Below are positions 63,601-64,000 of a stretch of 64,000 bases of DNA, in pieces. The translations under genes were made by a program, and so were the position numbers. The notes below the pieces were generated by a model that saw only the letters and a list, made by a program, of their open reading frames with translations, did no database searches and was not told the origin of the DNA. Source of the DNA: Yuukianura sp. NJ FZ-2021 (taxonomy: Eukaryota). Each line of letters begins with the position of its first letter. Position 1 is the stretch's first letter. The stretch lies in the NCBI GenBank assembly GCA_046563655.1, contig CM102289.1, forward strand, positions 5,518,001 to 5,582,000. The letters run 5' to 3'.

Positions 63601-64000
63601 GGCAATTGTCGCCGATCCACTTTTCCGCCAGGAGTAAGTGGGACTTTGTCAATTTGGACAAACAGGGTAGGAATCGCATATGACGGTAGATGTCTTCCCA
63701 GTTCGATTCTCACTTCCTCTTCGTTTTTTACTTTTCCAACGTAGTAACCAATCAGAATCGTTCTTTCCTCTCCGTCATTGTTTTTACGCCCTTTGACCTC
63801 TACAACTGCTGCGTCAATTCCTGGAACGAGCTTCATGAAATGTTCTACCTCGCCTAACTCAATTCGAAATCCGTTGACCTTGACTTGAAAGTCTTTTCTG
63901 CCTACAAATTCCAGTTGACCTGTTACGCAGTCGCGGAAAACAAGGTCACCACTCTTGAATAATCTACCATTCCTGCCTACTTTTTTGTCCTCTTCAGTCT
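30609..64000 (-). CDS. Giant intronless multimodular nonribosomal peptide synthetase, ACV-synthetase-related, 5'-partial: (A1)-T-E-C-A2-T-C-A3-T-E-C-A4-T-E-C-A5-T-C-A6-T-E-C-A7-T-C-A8-T-C-A9-T-E*-TE
   Basis: The frame stays open past the listed ATG at 63836 to the window edge (…FKSGDLVFR…GRKDFQVKVNGFRIELGEVE, A-domain motifs). Approximate motif positions: T cores GG(D/N)S at 63450, 59000, 55815, 51280, 46730, 43520, 39050, 35800, 32555. A3 motifs YTSG(T/S)TGxPKG at 60140, 56950, 52425, 47905, 44650, 40180, 36930, 33685. C motifs HHxxxDGWS at 61570, 58425, 53880, 49370, 46090, 41595, 38385, 35130. E motifs HHLxxD (with downstream EGHGRE and TVGWFT) at 62890, 55215, 50715, 42940. TE GWSSGG at 31025. 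Confidence 0.97.
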   Translation of the reverse strand, partial: TEEDKKVGRNGRLFKSGDLVFRDCVTGQLEFVGRKDFQVKVNGFRIELGEVEHFMKLVPGIDAAVVEVKGRKNNDGEERTILIGYYVGKVKNEEEVRIELGRHLPSYAIPTLFVQIDKVPLTPGGKVDRRQLPNPESQLVTKGRVRVAPRNQTELDIAEIWSGLLKIPVESVGITDSFFYLGGDSILCIQAAGRMRQQLQLSVTVKNIFDFRTIQALTDNVFCHVNSFEPIKFSGETGILKGTFPLLPIQSWFWSKEFEIPGHWNQAFLVDVPALEKQKLVTALHAVLAHHDILGSSFQGQQSQTYNEARLVMLRVLDIKKVKNDTELGKILTSWQDSFDLEKGRVFTVGYIHGYDSGRARLFLAAHHLVVDAVSWRIILEDLQSAYHGQSLGPKTASYRQWVDACSSYANDHPEELTYWKQLTQGSMNSKIEFGTKPAIEATFTLDEAATTFLLSDAHRVYHTEMNDVLLTALGLALSRAFPSTEFFVTLEGHGREDIGAVDHSRTVGWFTTKFPVKLEIAGTQNLAQLLKITKESLRAIPSHGFGYGHLIGYDKSVPLPPILFNYLGVMSGRSKESNDDWSILEDSPGLTIHPANESTDPVLSVVGGVFGDRMGFRVKSSVEFEIYMKKALEEVIDLLRSTDRTYLTPSDVGYVVTGEYLDRIQEKREVEAVFSANSLQQGFISHWMRQEQGDDAYLVQYIWEYGVAIDLKHMRRAWELCVEKYPTLRLRLGWEELVQIIDSRADLDWCQLDWRHLTSAEMEKDFKKFQVADRAAGFELNKSPLFRVTMFELAEDRFRAVFTSHHAILDGWSIPVLLTNLHKVYSQLVGRQQLTLGQDSTYFYSQKLTQERQLGDLEFWKAEFSTVEERNELPGFFTNRSKAISLNEVNKVEEFAEVEFEFTGKLLEQLQMAGKEHGVTMSAMLQYALHKVLQIFGTTTTTVVGVVVSGRSLPIGGIDESVGLYINTLPIIVEHANPLPLVDSVRKVQEKVVEAEAHSTARLADISNFFSGGRIFDTIFVYQNYPDMLGFEKNEELRMRLIDVVEKVNYPLLLSVMELSSSLRVKFSYDSLLFEEGPINNVLGVFQRVVEALAQTPTVLSSDLILAENNADFSNFPAKFSTPTENIHDFIERQAKQNPESEALVFGSKSYTYSMLNKVTNQIARIVQSAVPGQENPLIGLFLERDEFMILCMIGVLKAGGAYVPIDTNSPNERLDYILSDTATTLIITNQSHVSRLEKLLSQKAPQELLTVEEICEKLRRQNDSDLNLVQSNTSLAYCIYTSGTTGKPKGVLVEHRGVVNTLLSYSDIFVPGIPIRKLAFTSYMFDASVLEIFGTLFNGGSVHLLSEIQRHDAQLVSDYMLQNQITYAYFPPAFLAALPPIHYPSLQAIVFSGESCPEAVAALWVDRVDFWNFHGATELSCVDTAARIRKAKDVRVIGRPLEGVSAYVLDQYGRQCPFLALGELCVGGLGVARGYLNKPEITAQKFIPSPFHDGDRLYRTGDIVRRQLDGNLEYVGRSDTQVKIRGYRIELGEIEHAMVSYYAIEEAVVEARERVMGEVTTKILVGYYLSPLDEVDGAKVTKHLEKMLPAYMVPTKLVRMTTWPLTVGGKIDRKALPQPDFVGEGIRIDPRNDIEVKFLKIWAEVLGISETDFGISDNFFQLGGDSISSIRISALLRQRYGITLKVKDIFEYKTIEALSDALAFESTETEVNDLLDLGVDLEAPEIRLPTNSLQQGFIFHHLGASETDQSYLLQLLIKYTSHVDEERLKKAWSKVIDLYPTLRLRFDWSSDVTQVISKVGILDWRQISNLENSDAISEIEKKDRAEGFELDKAPLFRIYFISTLEGMYCLFSAHHSILDGWSMAVLINQVHKIYSGVSHDMCVDLAYFSAQQYLHSHREDHLTYWRQIVASISERMELSGFLFPKSSQPQKKIAEMREVLNPKEISVTIDFKIFENLKRFGQKHGMTMTAFLQWAWHQVLHLYSLASTTVTGTVVSGRNIPVAGMESSVGLYINTLPLVVGHEQKGSRILAEVITQIQLDLVEMNSRSCVQLAQLTPDGGRLFDTLFAYENFPQKEVESELKWELLLDHVFGQFDYPLALIAYELDLGLKVKLLYDGDRLFEPAVQGALGSLEVLLAQIPTFWNQPSSSVQFLSESCSRQILNDWSRTEGPPPPMESVFDRIQQVVDTKPNETALIFGGKEMSYGQLGRKSELLADRLRKVGAGQFVALFLERSFEMVVGMLGTWKFGAAYVPIDPASGSGRIGYILRDTGARVLVTHERHVQNLTSICQNESISIQILSVEEGISETVVTVGTPREIDDLRTMPKEADNFRDTADKLAYVIYTSGTTGEPKGVMVKHSGVAAVVDSIMTPCFGSEKPNCPFLTSYVFDASIIEIVTPLAGAGLVHMLTETERLDPTFLSEYIDLHQINFAYFPPALLATLPRKNYSSLKAIAISGEPCGAELTRYWSQKLRFYNMFGSTESSVVNTANQITDDFANVIGRPLPNEAFFLLDEFRRPVPVGALGVLYIGGVGVAGGYLNKPVETAKNFVQSPFGGKGEKLYRTGDVMRWIGEGNVEYIGRRDLQVNIRGFRIELAEVEEVICRFQGISEAASIVVERILRDTTSGVLIGYYVSEGGIDETELQEHCLSCLPAYMVPSIFVRLESLPLTLGGKVDRKGLPRPTFEIQVEEEVIPARNSAEQGLVKIWKEVLGVSDLGINSSFFQLGGDSILSIQIVGRAKKELGLKLTVRDIFEQKCIKRLADSGCLKVIDLTKGVKGEQGLLTGRFQLLPIQRWFFGSQHTWPHHWNQAFVVHCKGALNVERLASSIALLECHHDVLRMTFDSKNLQQEYFPQISERLGFGRLKVIDLANLEYKEGSSKFEENLQRILTSWQSGFDYGCGPMWNIGLIKGYKDGTSRLHFALHHLIVDAVSWRILVDDLETLYQGKSLGEKGTSYRQWVTAIEKYGKQLPLGEQKYWKDLVEEHEKVRIEMPLKKVMSKVNFSLPIEQSQTLLRTGHSIYNTEVNDLLLSGVASALKIIFPGSTNQYVTLEGHGREEIVEGLDVSKTVGWFTSMYPVCLAVGSNPGETIRKVKDALRAVPNKGIGFGPLMGYSRDTLPPITFNHLGHFGQSSEDREWKMCGDKAGVTMHREDVPADLVAILSYAAEGALHFTVSTCLEMGADEVGNLIASELTSVASHLESANRSRLSLSDVSWVMSWNELEKLQENREVEAVYKANSLQEGFVYHHLHQGHEDDSYINQFLWEYHCQLDLGHLRSAWTKVVQAFPSMRLRFSWGSDEGMFQIIDKEAVIDWRILDWSGEEPNIWREKLDSLRKKDRKDEFSLNSAPLFRVHLIQQRENLFTTLFTAHHAILDGWSGPVLLRALHQTYEELCRGQRLSILDKVDLAYPAAQKHLQEHAHEHEQYWRETLTKVNGRNELVGFFGNSDPGRRTSLFDVRRIQNRVEKELFISGDLYDDMKDACRRHELTLSVLLQYAWHEVLHLYGTEQITVVGTVVSGRELPIDGIDSSVGLFINTLPLVVDHGSNAGQGQMKVIDKIRAIQTSLIEMNAKANVRLGRLQKQGERLFDTLFVFENYPDMNVTEASEKLKVKFIGTEEKLDYALSMLAAEREREKKIRLLLGYAGEIFETDSINRILATFEQILSNTLKILEKPLNELKFLNETNYEKIIEIWNETENRAIGKETLVSEFLRVVAKFPERPAIVFESETLTYAELNFEASKVAQALLSYNVEADDLIGLFFERSHSCVVALLGVLKSGAAFLPISVDQGMDRVSYIVQDAKPKVILTSIAMVQKLNLSDLELPPILILENLKNFENSQLLPTPSQNDLAYCIYTSGTTGVPKGVLVEHESGRNGALAYGFLYDTEEHLRTTALSPYEFDVFALELFGPVLRGHTVHVVSDEVRKDPTLLVKYLQQNRIQFGNISPAMLGSFPREKGLLPHMRGIICGGEALSQFVSDFWCSEVDVYNVYGPTEATMSATCKRVCAGDFNLIGRPHPNYKCYVLDQFMRPVPPLAVGELFIGGIGVARGYLNQPKLTESRFVPNPFGAGSMYRSGDLVRWTEDGNLEFVGRVDTQVKLRGFRIELQEIEQRLVGFPGVDEAVVDVKVRRSEENNEGVKFLVGYYVSEKILQEQEILNFLKIRLPEYMIPSCLVRIPAIPLVGIGKVDRSKLPVPEFSDEVDAEGKPQNELEVALVQIWSKILNLAPQSISTTKTFFNLGGDSIGSIQVSGKVQNELGLPLTVKDIFEFKTIRAIATHLAGEQKKTKIETLAPKVIYSDDELFSLLPIQSWFFDLNFKFPAHWNQAFVLRIPPTDLGVLVERIWEIEKVHPALRMRFDLKASQQKVKTVGGLKSLKILNVQNVKDEDELKQIATSWQSNFDLEQGPLYSLGYVHGFPDGSARLFFAFHHLIIDTFSARVIIQDLNTLFQGKAIEPEGTSYRQWISESKNYSKKNNEQDYWSKFLNDSEILEKSGSNRVVPTSSKMTLSQSISNAILRSANETYGTETFEILLSGLSRALTSVTSKTETWITLEGHGRENIGGGLDVSRTVGWFTTMFPFKLENEPENIGETIQKTKDSVRSVPNKGIGYGLTYGYKTPPLPAIHFNYLGQFSAERSTTSDSDSDHVRFAGIELAGVATHPENPIPGEVSISVSVVNGQVSINVRSVSEEVDSNRLTKAFEDELKGIVEHCLGQGRSYLSSTDVGGVVSLSDLKVIQERGEVEAIFKANSLQAGFVFHALRGGDDSYVVQGIWTYRAAINLESYKKAWACAQRKFPSLRLSFNWRSEIVQVVSKNGPPLDFRFLNLTNLSDDDRRTKLASIAENDRAEPYDLANGPLFRIYLVKTGESEFWCLFSTHHSILDGWSNSILLNYVHDTYALLELGGHPNVDPQLTFFDAQKYIQEVANDDAKYWEDRLGLISERSELVGLVSDNISGVSAIAKEKVVQTPTEFTFPITQQLSFELNRVCRQSDVTINSVLQYAWHKTLQVFGTAEVTVVGTVVSGRNIPVQGVENCVGLFINTLPLVIDHDSLKDFTILEAISNVQNCIAELNSRSASQLAQLHSKAGSGERLFDSIFVYESFPVQKSKNSKLSIEFERGVEKFDYPLVFVAGEIDGVVAGKLVYSADLFSAPVMQNFTSTFMEILSQVAQNPTLSVSNLNLVDGANFDRLQAFSIEKSIPFVAPFTIHEVVESVTAQNPDLEAVVFESTRWSYAELNARANQLASFLVRMRGGVKVKPSPLIGLYMSRNENMLVAMLAVLKSGSGYVPIATDYPTDRLQYVLDDTAVPLILTNSEHLDRLAEIDRPQITTIAVDSHEFQTKVSQEPIKNLNLPIGRHDLCYCIYTSGTTGVPKGVLVEHGGVVNTLRSYSSIFANAQAHTIRETAFTSYMFDASVLEIFGTWFVGGSVHLLSETTRHDARLVSEYMLQQEITHMYLPPAFLATLPPIPYPSLKVIVFSGEGCPQSVADVWAPKVRFYNYHGTTETSCVDTEHLLVADDAAVIGRPMTNVSIHVLSPQLKKVPILALGELCIGGEGICRGYLNKPKVTAEKFVSNPFQTEQQASEGKHSKLYRTGDLVRWRLDGKLEYVGRVDLQVKIRGYRIELGEIESHLRRFPGIEQCTVAVKVREGETATDVATKYLVAYYTTLENEILQKDMEDHLRNYVPAYMIPSRFLRLEALPLTIGGKVDRKALPAPGFFGKTEIDLPRNEVEGEVRELWASVLRISVDAFGISDNFFELGGDSVSSIQIAGRMREVLGFDVSVKDIFEYQTIERLMDSVWANREVKVHGEVNDINDIVLNISAETIERIRKKGEFEAILLANNLQQGFIHHALAQMQENIDDSYIVHEIWKYHQEVNLDYFVQAWLDLVRRHPALRLRFDWEDQLLQIVDKESSFDFRYFDLREGQRSTDLTPDEIIAADRRELFDLSAGKLFRIYLMRESDIEYTGMLSFHHAILDGWSLPVLITEVHVAYSRLVEGDIPRDPADLSYITAQKYLANHMESNLGYWREQVGMISEGRQEISGLISTNLQQRPPAPVLKSTTREIRFNLDPETFLKLKELGRGKGVTLNAILQFVWHKTLHVFSRSKVTVTGTVASGRNIPLAGIETAIGLFINTLPLVVDHNQLSGNLLEAVQYLQAKLTELNSRTNVQLAKLQPPGERLFENIFVFENYPRNASYKQKPALYPFFKKVTERLDYPLVVTAWETRGRFEMIINHSEAVYSAEGVDQMAHVFGEITNQVAKTPLTKPSSLNFLANSYLEKVLEFGRGEKKDFCAPGTLHGILEEASEKWPEKVGLVVEGHELTFKQIDERANQLGNYLVKFGVKSESLIGLFLERTEDLLIGMIGVLKGGFAYVPIDLNLPAERIKFILQDSGVEVVLTNDKHRKHSAFDSENVKVISIDSEEIEVKLSLENKETLGKGTSNSLAYCIYTSGTTGVPKGVLVHHAGAVNTIYSYAHDIFENRDNDIRSTVFCSYAFDAFLMEVWSPWTRGGCIHLLSETTRKDTHLLSEYFRKESITNFYLTPALLSNLPQIDIPSLRTISFGGDGIPVGVAKYWTTRVRLYNSYGPTETSIAATGKWVEDERVSDIGKPLHNVTCFVVNEDLALLPPLAIGELLVGGKGVGRGYLNREDEMQKAFITHSFAGEDPMNLYRTGDLVRWTLDGNLEFVGRVDTQVKVRGFRIELGEIESSLASYPQISACIAQVREIGGSKRIVVYYTSAVPLPHSEILEYLSAKLPHYMVPSALAHLDAFPLAVTGKVDRKALPEPQFSTDEDRVAPKTKLEVEVHKIWSSVLGIPVEQFGVTDSFFQLGGDSISNIQVVGRIRSQLGLTVNVKDVFEWKTVRRICEGLSRNSSSKVVPKLSEQGILSGEFEILPIQKWFFNLNLKQPSFWNHSFLIDVPALNIVRLKSSVTELFQFHDSLRLSFSKFPFQTYESCIPNIKIKILDVKTLGLNITADESNDTLSQIFRAWQSDFDLATGLLTSFGYLHGFSDGKCRLFCAFHHLLGDTVSWRIIMEDLSSIYAQKQLGQKGTSYRQWVEVIKNYGIIHSSQKEFWNSFLGQIPPCIPLVTANWSHVTVTLSKDLTDSLVRKCNGVYHTEVNDLMLSALAMTLQKLENRNRNFVLLEGHGREEIDERVDVGRTVGWFTSMFPVPLEAFASTDKTIVSVKETLRSIPDKGIGFGALFGYNDPQLPLPSTSFNYLGQYVGKSNQTSADSDPASEWKLAKFLGHLTFPEDGNSVGDLSIVASVMNGFLSFVIGSRRLPVELVGSTLEKCLVDIADHCDSVNRTFLTPSDVDNVVTLEILNEIQSRGEVEGVFLANSLQEGFIYRTLNPIEGEEDAYIVQQVWRYETDVDHQKFKAAWVFAAQKFPSLRLRFSWEDSLVQIIDKTVDTDFRLVDHSHLSLEKQASALHKLQNEDRKELFNLKESGLFRIYFIRENQNLIHCIFSSHHTILDGWSLPIVLGAVHAHYNAAREGIKLEVVPDASYTSAQKYLQQHRVDHLDWWREEVSQVTQVNDLLGLKPHSGQTGQSGRADLQIQLDKDCLVALNQLARQHDLTLSSILQFAWHQILFVFGSCSTTVTGTVVSGREMPVAGIESSVGLFINTLPLVVDQTKSIKQSIVDAIKAIHQKTAEISQRSSINLAKIQPQGIKLFDSLVIYENYPKPASGNKVVDLRAQFESVHESIDYPIVLMGWEDEGLKVKVNYSRSIYTDEAILSLQETFVHILNQIAFDSAKTVKEISFVQNFEICDLPKSVEPTTISGCFELTVQKHPDDLALVFEQKEFTYSELNGATNQLARYLQLAGNLKSDENPLVGLYLERNETMVVGILGILKGGGAYLPIDTSYPTGRLQYVLEDSKLSLILTDSTHVQKLKDIVSTWESPPTLLLVDSQEVLHGVKSMSRDNLNIRCERDPLAYCLYTSGSTGKPKGVLLGQAGVVNSIRAFAQQYQLNVPIRATVTSAIVFDLSVVEIFGPLFCGGTIHFLSDPVRKDPELLGNYLQKNLITYLYIAPSLLQTLPKMDFPNLKVISYCGESCRQDVAAYWTSKVQLINFYGPTETSIILTSKELTQKAEVWVIGKALPGMRCFVLDDYLRPLPAFAPGGLYASGVGVGRGYLNKPEQTRAAFLDNALSGLRLYSTGDLARWNLAGELEFYGRRDTQVKVNGFRIELSEIEVVGSKFPGLTGVVVDARPLGGDLGKLTLIFYYVAGEVIDPEVLKGHLRQDLPEYMVPLVFVKIDAIPTTVSAKIDRKALPNPDFESTATAEPETELHVQMVSIWSSVLRISTAKIGIDTDFFSLGGDSIVSIRIVGRVRQQLNIVVTVKDIMEYKTIRRICENIDSTSAVAISNFNSNLDPYNRENNFGGIVSDEILRKIESAGEIDGIFLANSLQRGFIYHALNQQGVAEQGDGDDSYMEQMIWRYDMEVDAHVLKTAWHVAAKKCPALRLRFSWDDNLIQIISKNESVDFRFHDFSQLENPSSRFVQLQQQDRRELFSLEKGGLFRIQLVRLGPGLFRCLFNYHHAILDGWSIVPLLTIVHESYDAILKGQNVQGQQPDLTYVHAQKFLQSKFEADKDFWEGELERISERNELLGLVPSNLAQRVTQISQVRRVMDSKVQSLFVEGNLAAGLNQLSRREGLTMNAILQFTWHKILKTFGTSSVTVCGTVVNGRNLPEINNMETAVGLFVNTLLMIVDHSEYKTCSLVDGIKKLQNHFTEMSSKTNVSLSSLQKEGERLFDSLFTFMNYPTNVSETTGIKLRPTLEGVVDKFDYPLVVLVHQRGNTLQIDLHYSNDLFGVEAIENLGATFMKILEQIVTEPLRNCSRLEMLKDEKFEIMRAGWETEWKELGAPETLHEILEEAATKYPDRTALVTSEGSLTFREIDERGNQLGNYLAKFGVKSESLVGLFLERTEDLLIGMIGVLKGGFAYVPIDLNLPAERIKFILQDSGVEVVLTNDKHRKHSAFDSENVKVISIDSEETQVKISLENKERLGRGTSNSLAYCIYTSGTTGVPKGVLVHHAGAVNTIYSYAHDIFGNRDSDIRSTVFCSYAFDAFLMEVWSPWTRGGCIHLLSETTRKDTHLLSEYFRKESITNFYLTPALLSNLPQIDIPSLRTISFGGDGIPVGVAKYWTTRVRLYNSYGPTETSIAATGKWVEDERVSDIGKPLHNVTCFVVNEDLVLLPPLAIGELLVGGKGVGRGYLNREDEMQKAFITHSFAGEDPMNLYRTGDLVRWTLDGNLEFVGRVDTQVKVRGFRIELGEIESSLASYPQISACIAQVREISGSKRIVVYYTSVLPLAHSEILEYLSAKLPHYMVPSALVHLSAFPLAVTGKVDLKALPEPQFQTESEIVLPRTDLEEDLHEIWSKVLNLDQSEFGITDSFFQLGGDSIVSIQLAELCRQILNVSITPKDIFDFKTIKALAEHLEEPDQIDLPPPPPDQPSAFDLQSYEIPTQYCSTSYLERLRSQHSVDAIFVANSLQTGFIYNFLLNGSEATDGYSFQIGWKYERELDPTHFKQAWVVAMKAFPALRLRFAWEEETILQVIDSSPDLDFAFIDISNLTSDMHEQEIRLISEGDKKRLFKLDEGQLFRVHLIQTAQDSYTALFSYHHVIMDGWSLPILLSTVTKFYNSLVEGSVPEVELDFGYLRTQKFLQESAQEHLTYWKNQIGRIGEVNDLVGLNTSNLNQLQRKVGSTLYDSVELPLTLKAELSDKLRKMSRKAEVTLSSILLYAWHKILNVFGTSDVTVVGTVVSGRSLSIPGIDKSVGLYINTLPAIVEHCRDESGTLMDAIRTLQKEVAEINARSNVHLSAVSNKTGPPFDSIFVFENFPTRQLGQNSDGKFNFIPLGDKGIEKQEYPLVVFAWERQEVIELRFLYDSISYTEVAMTNMASTFVKILEQMAENGSKEMRSLELVTTPVYRKITEEWGMTPSRPRMPSAPTTLHGLVEHSVQKCPDAAAVVYENEVLSYRELDMRANVLAQRLTSSGILKGDLVVLVADRDEKVFVGMLGIMKAGAAFVPVDPTFPVERITYIIKDTKTKVVVTNKRQESSSVLQGCQLICLEDVIGQLPNQHWTPPDMTDTDLAYCIYTSGTTGVPKGVLLQHCGIVNSVSAYADSFLATKVNDPPVVSSVFCSYAFDSFLFEAFGPLSKGGVAHLLSENTRLNPNALGTYIDQNKIQFVYLPPAVIPTLPKLNYPALQGISFGGEACNVEAARYWLSRVKLYNSYGPTEISVAATGKWVDADSVSEIGSPIPSVSCYVMDRNLAILPPLAVGELFIGGVGLARGYLNNEAGTKKAFIEVLFSSGRRERLYRTGDLARWTLAGQLEFLGRADLQANIRGFRVELSEVETALAKHPSVSDCVVDVKGDTLVGYCVAGSGFSAKEILRMLSAQLPDFMVPACLIKLEKIPLRPNGKVDRKALPEPKFEVSDLDTSRPKNEFELGLVEIWAQVLDLPVDSIGLNTNFFELGGNSIKTINLVSRIKERTGIIISVKDVFEHKTISRLCAFVLKEQAGLDVSPASIAAFTRVSAPLELTSKRNVIHLTSTRPIPIDLRSVEAAVHYLEQTFDVLGFYLEGSDLVYDESMRGVPLVVLPHPLPESNSIEPKRSLTLTCSLGQNESTFRFTLASFLADEVTANILLKEFFHFLDQGRGSTTPKEDYRTWILLREAAAQRNGSYWAKIMQNCSEPTFAHVQSNGVESIVLSSSLSTALRKGVSFLNGVQMRDIFLTAMSCVLTKKFGCTQNVVLVSEGKRSKRFENTAGNFEVSYPVLLSSCHDSVEDALVFTKESLRYVPDDGIGFSFANVRRPNVVVRFTNSVVEFGGKNQTDLNSGFEILVLDNTDAIQIKLLGAEDGLLAELVHSLETVILKLAQIQAKPSSTMSDFPDFVPYVFCPGKNEIQKPIAFLFPPGNGGAENYLGTLLPQLGGSRDLVLFNNYYSHLTKFNPQNIKGLTLEFAAKLHIVHMKRVQPEGPYDLFGWSSGGMIAFEIARQLLVGGDKVSSVVIVDSFFALGDTLREIGIPVREGEEIVAEYYPKPLSEEILKDTKVVLLKGEAGLEDEEVSQHFARERKFNNLELFVPEKCIRLYGIPDHVSWIKSKEPLLRVCSIVAKAMDLSNE
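35930..45052. repeat. Near-identical ~1.4-kb direct repeat (about 35930-37330 and 43652-45052, offset 7722 bp) covering A domains 8 and 6
   Basis: Long runs of identical DNA. The shadow ORFs at 36126/43848, 36578/44300 and 36967/44689 all repeat at an offset of 7722. Confidence 0.92.

Noticed and set aside
63834..63836. ATG at 63836 as the NRPS start codon
   Set aside because: It lies inside an A domain and the frame is open to the window edge.
30609..64000. Calling the gene pcbAB / ACV synthetase
   Set aside because: It has at least 9 modules rather than 3, the pockets do not resemble the Aad/Cys/Val codes, and the terminal E is degenerate. It is related to ACVS but not the same enzyme.

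Overview
This is eukaryotic, AT-rich, intron-containing arthropod DNA. A springtail (Collembola) source is plausible from the gene content but is inferred, not proven. From left to right the window holds: the first coding exon of a paired-class homeobox gene (Rx-like, minus); a ~970-bp foldback/MITE element; a 7-exon GLD-2 cytoplasmic poly(A) polymerase with a long N/Q/Y/H-rich N-terminus; four tandem gustatory receptor genes (minus); a candidate 66-aa myristoylated microprotein; and a 7-exon pipe sulfotransferase. Tail-to-tail with pipe lies a giant intronless nonribosomal peptide synthetase (>33 kb, >11,100 aa, 5' end outside the window). It has at least 9 modules, 4 intact epimerization domains, and a degenerate E plus an ACV-synthetase-type thioesterase at the C-terminus. 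The main findings are (i) this expanded ACVS-related megasynthetase embedded among ordinary animal genes, (ii) a large excess of perfect AGGTCAnTGACCT palindromes (ecdysone-response-element consensus) inside its coding sequence, and (iii) a recent copy of one A domain between modules 6 and 8.
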